A stretch of DNA of 61,654 nt, filler included, from Sluysia triapertura (GCA_046118255.1; 5 parts of 5 records of this genome joined end to end with filler, not necessarily neighbours in it); one strand, 5' to 3'. Shown: positions 29,250 to 42,999, numbered from the whole stretch's first letter. Translations and numbers: made by a program. Notes: a model not told the origin generated them from the sequence alone.

Positions 29250-30300
29250 TTGTACTCTTAATCTATAATTTAGTTGAAGTAGTTTTCATAACTTCATGCG
29301 GTCTTTTAAATGTTATGTAATTGTACAGGTTTTGTTATACGATAATCAACTTATACTTTATCTCTACTTTGAAAATTGCACTTTAGTTTTTATCATGAGT
29401 ATCTTTGTAAGATTCTTGGGAGTACCTAATTTGTAAACCAGAACATTTTCATGCCCTCTGTAGATTTTCACGCATAATAGTAACGTAATCTGTAATATTC
29501 ATAAGCAAGTAAAATGTGAAAGTATATTTGAATACCTGCTGTACAAGTCTATTTCAGTTAGCAAACAAACAGAAAAATATATAAATACCAATCACTTTAA
29601 TTTTCATTGACATAACGTCTTGACATTATTTAAAGTTCTTTTAGGTCTTTCTACAAGGCCATCGGTCAGTGGTGATAAGAATTTTAAATTCTTAAATTTT
29701 AAATATTTTAGCTCATATTTTAGTTCTTTGAAATATAAATTATTTCTTTATGTTTGTGCAAGAGTTTCAGATTTTTATATGACTATCGGTAAATATCTAG
29801 CAACAAAATGAATTATTTCTTGCAGCGACCCATTTCACTGCATTATTTGCTTTTATTTTTACATGTTTCTTCTACAATAAAATGTACTTTATTGATACCA
29901 TTTAATATTTTCTTCTACATAATCCAAATATTTACTTTTAATTTTTAATGTTTTTCTTGCTTACACATGTGCTTCTAATTTCCAATCGCGATATTGCATT
30001 AATAAGGGAGAAATCAATGAATTAAGTTCACCTTTTATCGAATGTCTAATTTATCAGCTATATTTGTATTAAACATACCTTAGCAAGAGAAATACCTTTA
30101 GTTTTCTCTCGCATTTAATCATTTCTTTATTATATTCTACTTTATATTATCTATCAACTTTTTAAACATAGACATTCTATTTAAATGAGCACTTTTAAGT
30201 TTAAATTATTGATTCTTTACCATTATTAAAGAGCTATTTTCATTAATCTATATTCATTAATCTGATAGCTGCCAGTACACAAACATTTTAATTTACAAAC
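29250..30300 (-). mobile_element. Decayed Ty3/Gypsy pol (integrase) relic
   Basis: Minus strand near 29620-29680 reads YH..TDGLVERPKRTL (cf. YHPQTDGLVERxNRTL). Further on, SQESYKDTHDK..FKV and FKRPHEV resemble the GPY/F region. Many stops and frameshifts; boundaries approximate. Confidence 0.65.
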
Positions 30301-31289
30301 GTTTCCAATATGACGGAGCGCGAATTCTAATGAAGTATAAGGAATTCCGTTGCATATGAGATATTTTTAGAAAGTTTAACCTTGAAGCTCAAATAGTTTT
30401 ATTGTAATAAATTATTAAAAGTATAAAATTATTATTAAACTTAATAGCAATAATAAATAATAAATAATAGCAAAAATATATAATAATAAATTTAGAAAAT
30501 AAAACAAAAATTTAAACAAAATATAATAGAATAATAATTATAAAATAATAATAATAATAAAATAAAATTTTAAAACGATAATTAAAATTAATGTTAAAAA
30601 TTTAAAACAGATAAAATTAAAATTATCAAAAGTATTAAATATTTATTTTATTTTTTTGTGCTGATAAAAATCATAAAAATATTGACCGAAAGTTTTTGAA
30701 GGTATCTGAGATGTTTAAGAAGATGTAGGAGTTGCTATTCAATAATAAATATTAAATGTTATTTTATAACTGTTCAGTACATATGTTTTATAGAAGTGAT
30801 TGTGAGTTTGTAAGGTATTGGTTCATTACATTTATATCAATACAAATTAAATTTATGGTAAACCATATGTAAGTACAACTCAAAACATATATGAACTAAA
30901 AAGCTAATGAATCTACTTTTAAAATCAACAAACAAGAAGTAATATTAACTTCTTTGCTTAATGTATATTATAAACTTTTAAAATTACACCAAATTTTAAA
31001 GCTTTGTTTACTCAAGAAATCTCATAATAATTTGACTTAAACTATTCTAAAATGTATTTGCCTTGTATTATCAAAGTTTTCTTATAACATTATATTTCTA
31101 AATTTATTTCTTGTTTAATAGTAAGGTATCAACTGTAATATTTCTTTTCTATTGGTCAATTTTTATTTTTTGTTGATTTATTCTTATCTCTTTAAAGTGA
31201 TTTTGTAATCATTTATTTATATTAATTCATAACAGTCAGCGTTTTATCTTGCCATAAATTTTATAATGTTATGGGCTATAAAAGCCTGG

Positions 31290-31291
<2 letters not shown>

Positions 31292-31346
<55 letters not shown>
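31292..31346. repeat. (TTA)n microsatellite
   Basis: Trinucleotide run. Confidence 0.95.
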
Positions 31347-31347
<1 letters not shown>

Positions 31348-34300
31348 TCATTTGCCCAACCTAATATTCTCAAACCTTATTATAAATTACGTAGGAAGTC
31401 ACAATCAAATGTCACACATTCGCACACAATACTGAAATTAACCGCAAAACAAGTGTAACTTCTCATTAGTAACATAAGCATACCGAATATAAACAAGAGT
31501 ATTAAAAAATAAGGACTGTATTTGTATCTATAAGATCAGCCGTAACCTCTGAAGGGTTAATTCGGTTTTCTGAATAGTAATTTCAAACTTTGCATATATC
31601 TTATATGACTTATCATTATTTAATAAAACTTATCTTTTTTAATATAAACATGATTCAAACCAGTTTGTCATTAAATAGTGTACCATAATCTGTTATATCA
31701 AAAGCGACAGACCTATATAATACCAGCAAAATGCACTTATTAGAATTATGACCTTAATTTATTCGTAATACATTTGTTTCTTTTCATTGATAGGCTGTTT
31801 GTTTTTGTCAAAAACGGTGACAATTGTTATGAAACTACGTTTGATAAGAATGTTGTATTGGATACAACCTCAGATGAGATAACACAACGAATTCTTTTTC
31901 GAATGATGGATATTTTAGGTACTACAATGAATTATTAACAATTTTCAATACAATCAGAATAAATTTAGTCAAAATTAAATTATTTTTGTTTGGTATAGGG
32001 CTGTGGAATTTCTTTACTTGACATTTCCTAAACAATCATTATTAAATTATATTTATTTGTTCAACTTTTCTAAGTTTAAAACAATTATAATACTATTAAA
32101 TTACGCGGATCTGCCTATGTAATACGATTTATATTACGATAAAGACATATTCACAGGTAAGGTCAAATCTAGGAAAAAGTAACTTAATTCTTGAAGCGGT
32201 ATAATGAACGAAGGTCAGTATATCTTTATGCACTTTACAATTAATTATTAATCAATTTATTTCACTTTATCTTCTTGTTCTTATAACTTAATTCAAATTC
32301 TCCTTTTTAAGAATATTATATAATTTGATTGTAAAATAAATTCATCTCGTATTTTGTTTAAAACTAACTCAAAATAACTATTTAACAATAATTTATGAAA
32401 TACAAAGGCGTACCAGTATTAAAAGTATTCTTTCGAATATAACTGTAAATTAATGAGGATCAATATTTATCACTTTAAACGAATGGTTAATGAATATTAA
32501 GTTTTCTTTACGTTTATTTATTTTTAACTTGTAAAATAATTGTTTCTTTTATCAATTCAATTTTACTTTATATACTTATTAATTCCGTAACTAATATGAA
32601 AAATAAACTCGAAATGAGTAAATTTTATTCATAAACGTATAAAATGAATATTATGAACGAAACGTTATCAAAGAGTAAGAATATATCAAATATACAAAAC
32701 AAATATTATAAATAAGATTTATTCTTTCGAATAATATTAATAAAAGATATAATTTTAATAGAGATTTTGATCCAGGCGAATACTTGGATTTTTTAAGTAT
32801 CTGTGATTTTACCTGGAATTTTAACGCAAAATTATCAATGCGCAACTTAAAAACGAGCTTATTTATTATTTTGCATGAAAATTCCGAATAAATGATTGTC
32901 AGTGACTTGATAGAAGAAATGGTTAAAAACTTGATTGATTCTGAGAGAGGGGATATTTAAAATCTAACAGAAGCATCCTTTTATCTTTGTATCTCCACTG
33001 ATTTCGATAATAAATTTTCCTTTTTGTATATTAATTGTTTCAATAATTTTTAATAAAGTTTATATGCTTTATATATGGACGAATATGTCACTCACTAATT
33101 AATTAATTAATATTTATAAATTATTATACTAATTATGATTCGGTAATTGTATGATTTTTACAAGTTCAAGTTATTATTTACATAAAAATAAAAATTATTA
33201 TTTACATAAAAGTTCCAAGTAATTATTATTATTGTAATAGTTAATATTTATAATTAAAAAACCACAATTAATAATATTTAATAATAATATTTATACTAAA
33301 CTAGACTAAAATTTCACTAAAATTTATTATATTTACAGATTAATTATCTGAAATTTAAATTCATTTCTGTTATTTTTATTTTAGATTTATATTCTATTGT
33401 ATTTATTTATTGGGTTTTAAGTTTACTCAAAATAAATTTTAAAATAATAAATGCAAATACCTTATTACATTATTAATAATATCATAATACTAAAATGTTA
33501 TGTAAACATTTAGTTACAAATATTTCCTATTGTGAAATATGTTTAACGATGTCATTATATTGGAATTAATTGGTACATCCATTTATAAATGTGTAATATT
33601 TTGTTACTTAACCCACTATCCGCCAATATTCCATTTTGGACACATTTTGATATTTTTTCTTTTAATAACTACATCTTGTAAATAAAATACTAAAATCATA
33701 TCTCGTGCTTCATGAAAGTATTAAAACTATTTTGTTTTAAGTCATTATAGACTTCATCGTAATATCATTATAAACTTAATTTATTGTTTTTGTATTTTTT
33801 GAATTGTGGATAATTTGAAAGGTTTGCATTTTAAACACGATAAATCAATAACCATTGTAAATTATGTTCAAAGCAAGAATAAGTAATCGTAACGATAGAA
33901 ACAGGCAACAAGAAAAATCATTTAATATCAATTAGTTATAGGATACTCTTGATGAAACTTGTAATGATTCTGATTATATCTGTATATCGAAAAATATGAG
34001 GGAATTCTATAATAAGTAGAACTCATGAAATACAGAATTAAGTCCTTTCGCTTACTTTTTTAATAGCCATTACATTTTCCGTCTTCTTCTTCATAATATA
34101 AAATATCAATATATATATTTATTTTATATCTTTCTTTTTGTCAATGTCTAAATGGTTCCTGAAATTTAAAATCGCTTCAATTTTATTTTTATCTCTCTTT
34201 CGACATCATTTTCTTCTTTATTTCATTTTGAATCAATTTAATATATTTTACATCTTCTTTTAATTTATTTTCGAAAGTTTCGTCAAAAAACAATGAAGAT

Positions 34301-34406
34301 ATTCACTTTAATAATGATGATTTCTAAAACTTTTATATTAGAAACAAATAAAATACTATTCCATAAAATACATAATTTCAGTGTTAAATAAGCTACACTA
34401 TTTCAG

Positions 34407-34484
34407 TCAATAAAAATGAACTTTTGGACTGGGGTATAGTTAATCAATTGGCTGCTAAAAGAGAAGGTGCAAGATGGAATCCAA
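34407..34484 (+). CDS. Candidate 78-bp internal exon, product unassigned
   Basis: tttcag acceptor and GTAAGT donor flank an open frame NKNELLDWGIVNQLAAKREGARWNP; loosely like a kelch W....M...REGA segment. Confidence 0.35.
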
Positions 34485-34737
34485 GTAAGTCCATTTTAAA
34501 ATATTTTCTAATTTTTTAAGCTTATTTATTTATTTAAAAATTATTTATTTATTTATTTTATTTTACATTTTAATATTATAATTCAGTTTTAAATTTACAA
34601 TAAATAATTCAATTTTTTTTAAACTACGTGAATAATTTTTAATTTTAAATAACTGTTAAATAGAAAAAGCATTTTTGTAAATTTAATTAATTTATTAATT
34701 TTTACAACACTCATTTTATTTTAGTTTTATTATTTTA

Positions 34738-34738
<1 letters not shown>

Positions 34739-34789
<51 letters not shown>
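34739..34789. repeat. (AAT)n microsatellite
   Basis: Trinucleotide run. Confidence 0.95.
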
Positions 34790-36136
34790 TTAAAAGCAAT
34801 ATTAACACATTAAATTTTTTCTAAGTAGAATAGTTTAACACCAGACAAAATCAATAAATAGATCAATATTGAAAATATAATTATCAATTTTTAACTATAA
34901 ATGTTATTATTTGTTTATTTCTTATTTCATTTTAAGCATAATATTTTTTTAATTTAATATTACTTTTAATATTTTGTCCAAAGTTGTAATTTTTACTCAT
35001 TTATTTTATTACTTCTTTCATTATTTTAATTATTTCTTCAAACAAAAAACTTCTAAAAGATTTATATGAAAATCAATAAGATAATGGACTTAAATTTTTA
35101 AGCATAATTCAAATAAAGATTTTATCTATAGTAGAAAAATAAGGTTTCTTTTTTGCACGTTAATCACTATAAGGACACACTCTTATATCAATTTATAGCA
35201 CAACTTTTATTTATTATTTTATTATTATTTATTTATTTTATTATTTTGCTGCGGTTTTTACTGATACTTAAAGCTAACCTTACGGAAAAATAGAAAATTG
35301 AGCAGGGTCCGGTTACACTAAGTATCTTACGTCGTAAAGAGGGCACTTCTGTAACAATATAAATTAAGTAAAACGTATATTAACTTAAACTGATAATTTA
35401 AATATGAGAGGATCAAAAATTGTTATAATACAAACTCAAGCTGTTGTGCAATAAATAAAACTTAATCATATTAATCACAAAAAACAAATTAAACAGCTTA
35501 GATTAATTATAAAATAAAGATATAAAGAAAGAGAAATGGAGGTTAAGAATTTTATTTTATAGTTTAAACTATTATTCGGTATTTAACTATTTTAATTATA
35601 TTTTGCACTGTATTTTGCCCCTCAATATATCGGGGAAACCTTAAACTTTATTGAATAGAATATTATTTTACGTACATTTTAAGATATGAACTTTCTTAAA
35701 ATAGGCAATTTACTTTGAACACGGAACTGATAAATTTGAATCCAAATTTGACTGCGATTTTGGTTGAAGACGATATACAAATGTTGTTAAAAATAACGTT
35801 ATTTTGCAAGTGGAGATTTTCATTGCATTGATGCTAGTTTATATATTAGAATATTCTAGAGCATTCTAGAAGCTTCTATACTATTTTTAGAATCTAATTT
35901 TCTTTTTTGGAAAATAACTGTTTAAGTAATTTTAAGGATTGATGAATGATTTTAAAACATTTTCTATGATTTTAATTAATTTTTTGATAATTTTAAATAG
36001 TTTTAAATGATTTTAAGGTGTCAACATAGTAAATATAATTGTCTGTCTTAAAAAATTATGTAACTTATATTCTTATGAAGTTTGCACTTAAATCTTTAAA
36101 AAATCAAAACCAACAAATTCCAAAGTATTTACTAAC

Positions 36137-36406
36137 CTTATTAGTATTATTATAATTATTATTGTTATCCATGTGTGATTGTGTCTCCAATTGTGTAGAA
36201 TTTTCTTTATTTAATAAACGTACATTGTCATTTTCGTCACCAGTTAGTGAACAAGGTGATGTTCGTTTAATTTTGCGAATTTCACGTTTCAATAACGAAG
36301 TTTTTGTTTTAATATTAGATAATAGTTGATTCGATTCAGAGCCTTTCGAGTTATTTGAATCTATTGATGGTTTTATCATTGGCACTGATGATTTTTTTAA
36401 GAAATT
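36137..36406 (-). CDS. Probable internal exon (270 bp, phase 0/0) of an unidentified gene
   Basis: Acceptor ttttctattgcag and donor AAG|gttagt bracket an open hydrophilic frame NFLKKSSVPMIKP...NNTNK. Confidence 0.6.
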
Positions 36407-37025
36407 CTGCAATAGAAAATGATATAATAAAATTTGAACAAAATGAAAATTTTATAATCATAAATTTATTCAAATCTATATGATAGTATATTATACAATA
36501 ACAACTGATTTTATTAAAGTTTTGATAGCCAGATTTGAATGTATATTATATTTGAATGATATTAAAGTTTTCAAAATATATTGACTTTTTTCGGACTTTT
36601 TCAGAATCTAGTTTTTTATTGATAAAAACACCCTCATGTTGTACATGTAATATTTTTGAAAGTAACAATTTGTTTCTTTATTTCATGTACTGAAGTTGTT
36701 AAAAAGTTGGCGTATATGATTTTCGATCCTTTATAATAATAATATAATATAATTTATATTAATTTATATTGCTCCCATATCTACTGCGTAAGTAATTACC
36801 ATCATATTTCTGAAACAGGAAGAACTTTGCCTTTTGCTTAAATATTTCATAATCTTCCAACAATTTGACATTCTGTGGTAACTAGTTGTATATTTTTGAG
36901 ACATAAACAGTATACAACCTATCACCTAGCTTGTTATCACTGTGAATCCTGTATAGATTATTATTATGTCTCAATGAAATATTCATCTTCATTTCCAATT
37001 TTCGTATTATTTCCAAAAGATATTC

Positions 37026-37125
37026 NNNNNNNNNNNNNNNNNNNNNNNNNNNNNNNNNNNNNNNNNNNNTTAATTAATTAANNNNNNNNNNNNNNNNNNN
37101 NNNNNNNNNNNNNNNNNNNNNNNNN
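37026..37125. other. Assembly gap with TTAATTAATTAA linker
   Basis: Same structure as 11043-11142. Confidence 0.95.
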
Positions 37126-37177
37126 CTAATTTTAACCTTATATTAAATACATAATTCGCGATAATACTATTAAATCG

Positions 37178-37835
37178 TAAAGAAACTGGACCTAGATTCA
37201 TTAAAAGTCCATTCAATCAAGTGGTTGGTGAAGATCAAAATGCAGATTTTGCAACTAAAATTGCTGCACTCATTGTAACATGGTTATTCCATGATGCAGT
37301 TCTTACACAAAAGCATAAAACATATGCAGAAATACAGTGGCAAAGATTACGCTTCGAGTATAAATCAGGCTAAAATGGATTATACTGTACGCGCTGAAAA
37401 CAGTTTCGATAAGAAAGAAATGTCTGCAAAATTAGCCGTAGAACCAGCATTCACAAACAATTTTCCGAATGCTCTTAATATGACTCCATTGCCATAAATG
37501 GGAAAGAGAGAAGAATCAGAAATTGAAATGTTTAAAGAAAAAGAAACCAGATCAAAATTCACTTTCCCACTTCTAAATCATTTCATTATTTTTTGTAATT
37601 GTGAAAACTTATGTATAATGTTGATGGTCATTCTTCGTCAGAAGTAGCATGGTTTAAAAATGGTAAAGAATTAATTAAAAGAAAATATGATCATAATTGT
37701 AATTAATATGTGGAATTGCTTCTTTGGAAATATTCAAAGCTTCAGTAGAAGATGATGGAACATACAGTTGGTGAAGATGCGACATGAATGAAATTGCAAG
37801 TTTAACCAAGTCATACATAAATGTTGCTCAATAAA
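37178..37835 (+). pseudogene. Decayed twitchin/projectin/titin-family segment: two post-kinase I-set Ig domains
   Basis: Across frameshifts: GPRFIKSPFNQVVGEDQNADF..IVTW..SIKHMQKYSGKDY..DYTVRAENSF, then KFTFPL..LCNVDGH..VAWFKNGKEL..SLEIFKASVEDDGTY. No introns visible; small deletions and stops; Ser-rich tail continues to ~38070. Confidence 0.75.
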
Positions 37836-38149
37836 AACCGTTGATAATCTTCCGAATTTTACAGTTATAACCGTTCTACTGACACAGGTGTTAATTCAAA
37901 AAGCTGGGAATGGATTAGTGAAAGTGAAGAAATACGTTCATCTGATTCATTGTTTAGTTCATCGACATCAAAAGTAACCTCATCATTTAATATGTCATCA
38001 TCATCGTCATCTTCGAGAAAAAATACCAATATCATTGAAGAATCCACCGTCTATATTAGCAGCAGTAGTGTAGTGGTCAACATTTATAATTTAAACTCAA
38101 TTAAAATATTAAATCTAACATCTAGAAATTAAAGTTCATTAAAATGCAA

Positions 38150-38967
38150 TTTTCCCAACAGTTATACTTTTTATTTCACAATTACACCATCACAAACATC
38201 ATACAACAACATTTAACAATCTCAACACCTCACTAACTTATATACACCACAAATCAACTTGTATCTCAACCATCTCTAACATTCAGCTCAAACAATTCAT
38301 AACATTCATCCACTAAATACTTCATCAAACAAATCAGAATCACAGTATAAGCTTTACAAATCACAAATATAATAGCATTCAAACAACGCTAACAACTACT
38401 TCAGAAACACAGGTTACCCACACCTAAATCCTTAATCAACCACACCAACTTAAAACCCATTTCACAAATACATATACATCGAAAACAAATACTCGTAACA
38501 TTATAATAAATACTAAAACTTATTTTGTAATCATCATTCAAAATTAAAATAACTTAAATTTTTTAACAAACATTTTAAACCATTCAACTTAATGCATAGA
38601 TCTTATTTTCAAATTATAAACCTTTTAATAAGTTTCAATAAACAATTTCAACATTTTTCATTTCATTTACAATTTTAACTATTGCAATATTCAAAGCAAA
38701 ACTAAGATAACTTGAAAGATTTCATTATCCAACTGTGAAGCAACAACGATAGTCAATACTTACCATACTTTATTACCGTTGTTCCTTCACAGTTTATCAT
38801 TCACTTCTTTTCCTTCTATTTCATTTTTATGTAAGAAACAACAACTAGATAAAGAAAAGATCATGTAAAAAGTTTTAGTAAAGATTTATGCGTTTCTTTT
38901 TAAACAATAACAACAATAACTTCATCATTTCTACTATTACTAGTATTGTTATTGTTGTTATTACTAA

Positions 38968-39013
<46 letters not shown>

Positions 39014-39434
39014 GTCATTAGTGTTATTATTATTACTTTTCTTATCATTAGTACAGTTGTCATCATTATTATTAGTACAACGATTACTAACTCCACCTAA
39101 AGATAAAATACATAAAAATTAAATAAATTAAATTAACATTGCTACAAAATCGATGATAAACCTGGTTGCTGCCATCACCAGTGTTGACAGTCTATGTCAC
39201 TATTACATTAGGCTGTCATCCCTGATGATGGTCGGCCACCAGTTGTTGTTTTTCCAATTTGTTCCATTGCTGAATATCACCCAATCAGACTACAATACAC
39301 CATATACATTAAATAATCAATTCCTGACGTTCTGATTGGGTGATTTAAAAATAGAAAGTTAATCAAAAATCACAATTTGGTAATTCTGTTTGAACGATTA
39401 ATAACTAAAAAATTCTAGTTTTATAAACTTTAAA
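38150..39434 (+). promoter_or_regulatory. Upstream cassette A (C/A-skewed tract, shared motif, (ATT)n, TGACAG/CCAAT region with inverted repeat)
   Basis: Perfect 14-bp inverted repeat ATCACCCAATCAGA 39276-39289 / 39331-39344; TGACAG/CTGTCA near 39185 and 39213; motifs shared with cassettes B and C. Confidence 0.55.
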
Positions 39435-41072
39435 ATGTCCAAAAAAATTATGTCATTAGAGATCAAATCCGTTAAAAATAAAGATCGACTTCTAATACAT
39501 CTAATAAATAGACTAAAAGATGTAACTCCATGGCAAGATAAATTTGATTCTTTTCTTAAAGATGAAACAAAAAGGAATTCCATGTGTGAACAAAATTTAG
39601 AACCTTATTATCTACCTACAGAATATTCGGTGATACTATCGACTGTGTCGACACAGAGGCAAAAAGACTCAAGTGATCACAAAGCCAAATTCTGGGTTCG
39701 CAAAATTTACGAAAACCAATTAGATTATAAAGAAGTCATTATGATTTTGAAATGTAGCGTTAGAGGATTTACATTTTTGATTGTTAAGATAAATCCATTT
39801 AAAGAAATTGAGAATTTAACAAATCAAGCGATTTCGGAATTCGTAATGGGTAACAAGTTATCTATTATTATTTGGTATCAAAAAGAAGCATCTATAAGTA
39901 AGTCGATTATTAGAAGATTCTTGAAACGATGTAAATGTGTACATTCACCTTATTGTCAGCCAACATCTAAACGTTCTCATTTCAAATTGTTGTCTCGTAC
40001 AGTTAGTGATAACTACCTTTCCTTAGAAAATATAACGAGAAAAGTAATATTACTAAATGTGGAAAATACTAAAGCTAAAGAACAATATTTCATGTGGACA
40101 ATTCCGTTCAACACTTTGTCAAAGATGTTTACATTTGATTTAAATATGAATATTAAATTTTACCAATTATCTGATAATCAAAGGAATCGATTATTAGTCT
40201 ACACCGGAAACAGAATGTTGAAATATGTCATCAACAGATCTTCTTCTCTTATTTCTATCAATCAAGAATTTGAAAGATTCAAGGATAACGCTGTTTCTAC
40301 CACAGCATATGTTTCTGAGGATAGTCGTAAGATATTTAGTTTTGATTTACTTAATAACTATATTAGTTATCAGTTTAGTTGGTTATATAATTATTTTTTA
40401 GATAAGATAAATACTGTTTGGATCCCTGAACACTGGACAGTCGGATGGAGAATCGACAATGAAGTTGTGAAAAAAAATAAAATTTTATTAAGTGTAATAA
40501 ATTTTCATTCTTTTTATTTACTTAAATTTAGTCTTAACGTTGTACTTTTGATAAGTAAAAATGATGTAAAAACTACGATTAAAATCATAAACGATGAACG
40601 TGCTAAAGTTACTAAGCTTAGAAATCAAATAGACATGAACCATTGTATTGATAATTATATCCATTATTATGGTTTGAATAAAATTTTAACATTAACTTTA
40701 AATCATGTCTCAAGTCAAAAAAATAATGAGTCAAGCTTAAAAACTTTAAAACTCATACCTGACAGCTATGAAGACAATTCTTTATGTATGTATTTACGTT
40801 TTAAATTACTAACATATACTTACTCTTTTACTGAAATTAAGACGACGCCCTCAACCTTAATACACGCCTTAAACACAGAATTACGCTATAATCCTTTATC
40901 TTTAAAAACTAAATATCTATCGACTTATATTCTACAAACTAATAATATATTAGGTTATAACATGTTAACATTCTTAAATTTGTGTCAGAACATATACCAC
41001 CAAAAATGGTGCCTAGAGTTCTTCATAAAAGAATCATTTTTACAACATTACCCAAAAGCCCTAAATAGGTAA
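39435..41072 (+). CDS. Uninterrupted 545-aa ORF, unknown function
   Basis: 1638 bp open in very AT-rich DNA, AAAATG start, globular-looking composition, CKCVHSPYC cluster. AG|GTAAGT at 41069 overlaps the stop, so the gene may splice onward. No family recognised. Confidence 0.8.
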   Translation: MSKKIMSLEIKSVKNKDRLLIHLINRLKDVTPWQDKFDSFLKDETKRNSMCEQNLEPYYLPTEYSVILSTVSTQRQKDSSDHKAKFWVRKIYENQLDYKEVIMILKCSVRGFTFLIVKINPFKEIENLTNQAISEFVMGNKLSIIIWYQKEASISKSIIRRFLKRCKCVHSPYCQPTSKRSHFKLLSRTVSDNYLSLENITRKVILLNVENTKAKEQYFMWTIPFNTLSKMFTFDLNMNIKFYQLSDNQRNRLLVYTGNRMLKYVINRSSSLISINQEFERFKDNAVSTTAYVSEDSRKIFSFDLLNNYISYQFSWLYNYFLDKINTVWIPEHWTVGWRIDNEVVKKNKILLSVINFHSFYLLKFSLNVVLLISKNDVKTTIKIINDERAKVTKLRNQIDMNHCIDNYIHYYGLNKILTLTLNHVSSQKNNESSLKTLKLIPDSYEDNSLCMYLRFKLLTYTYSFTEIKTTPSTLIHALNTELRYNPLSLKTKYLSTYILQTNNILGYNMLTFLNLCQNIYHQKWCLEFFIKESFLQHYPKALNR

Positions 41073-42999
41073 GTCTAGTACGTTGGTGGACTCACCGTAA
41101 AACATATTTTGCTTTATTCTGTTCTCATCTTAAGAAAACATCAGCAAAAGCCTTAAACGTATTTTTCAATCCTATTTAAATAATTTCGAAGGTCATAAGC
41201 TTATGCTTAAAATAACAAGCATCCTAAGTGCAGTTTTAACAGTAAAATTTAGTAATATGTTAATACAATTAAAAATATTAAAAATAGTAATTATAACAAT
41301 ATGGTCAAACAAATATTATAGAATCAAAATAAATTTTCCTAAAGAAATTTGTCATAATTTTACAGAACAAAAATTATTGTGTATATTGTTATAAAAATTA
41401 GCAAAAATAATTGATAATAAAATAAGATACAAAAATTATTTTAGTAATGTCTTGCCTTTGTTAATGCTTTTGGTAATTCTTCAAAAATACTACAATAATA
41501 ATTACTGATACCATCGATCTATTAAGAGTACTTATATATACATATAGATACAAAAAATACATATGTTTTAAAAATGTTTAAAATTATTAATTTAATTTAA
41601 CTTATCAATAATTTAATACAATATTTACAATTTAATAAATAAAATTATAAATCTTCTAAATGTAATTGTTTTATTTACTTGTGACTTGTTTTATAATTTA
41701 TTTAGGTTACTTTTTTATTATAATTTTCATTGTTTAGTTTCATTTTTAAAAGACTAAATATAGAAATCAGGCAAAAGTGTAATTTACAAATGATCAAGAG
41801 TTTTATTTATATTCTTACAATCTAAGTCTAATAAAATTAGACATCAAAACAGGTGTATATAAACAAATCAATAAGAGTAAACATGAAGTAAAAATAAAAT
41901 CCGTTTATTGCATTATATAATGAATAAAAATTCACTTAGATATAGTTAAAATTATTCAGACTAAAACTAATTCTTTTATTATATTTTAAATTTTAAACAC
42001 TTAGAACAGATAAATATAATGTCCTTTTTATTATATAAAACAATGACAGTTTTTTATTAAATAAATCTCAAATAAATTTGACAAATAAATGTCAAACATA
42101 ATCAATCATAAAATTATGTTTTATTATAACCGACATTTTGAAAACAAAAATCAAGGAAATATACATGTGCAGGAAATTATTTCCCAAAATGTTTATTGCA
42201 TAAAGCAATAAAAAAACAATTAAAATATTTCTATACGAATGTTCTTTTATGGAAAGTTTTATTATAAATTTTATGCATTATTATAAACGGTTGCGTTTAT
42301 ATTTAGAATTGCATTTAAACATTTACCATTATAATTAATATTACTGTTATTATTATATTCATTATTATTTATGTTATTATTATTTTATAATAATAATAAT
42401 TATTATTATTATTATTTTGGAGTTGAAAGTTTTGAAGTTATTATCTTTACCTCAATGAATGTTATATTAAAGTTTAGATACATTGATCTATAAAAGTTGG
42501 TCAACTTATTTATAACAAACTTTTAACACAAATTCAAAATTGAACGTTTATTAACTAAAACAATTGATTTAAAATTTATACTAATAAAACATCAAAGTTA
42601 TTTTTGGTACTACAGTTTCGTATGTCACCAAATATTCGGACTGTGGACTACTAAAGAATAAACAAAAGATATTAAAAACGTATTCATAGTGTAACAAAAG
42701 TTTAATTATTTTAAGTTCTAATTCATCAATTTGATGATCGTTATCATTTTCATATTTTGAATGAATTTGAGGATCACGATATTTTGATAAATTGTTAGAA
42801 TAAGTGAGGCCAATTGTACTGTGTTTTTAAATATTACATTATTAAAATTATTCGAAATCGTGAAATCAGAACTTTCTTGATTTAAATTAATTAAAAGGAT
42901 TACTTTTAATATTAATACATTGGGAAATAAGGTGTTAAGACATTTAATTTTATTTGAAATTACCAAATCTAAATTACATTTTTCATATATTCCAAATTA

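Noticed and set aside
38875-39100. Poly-Ile hydrophobic ORFs on both strands (also 12440-12703, 10649-10909, 46452-46646)
   Set aside because: Translations of ATT/TTA microsatellite or low-complexity DNA.
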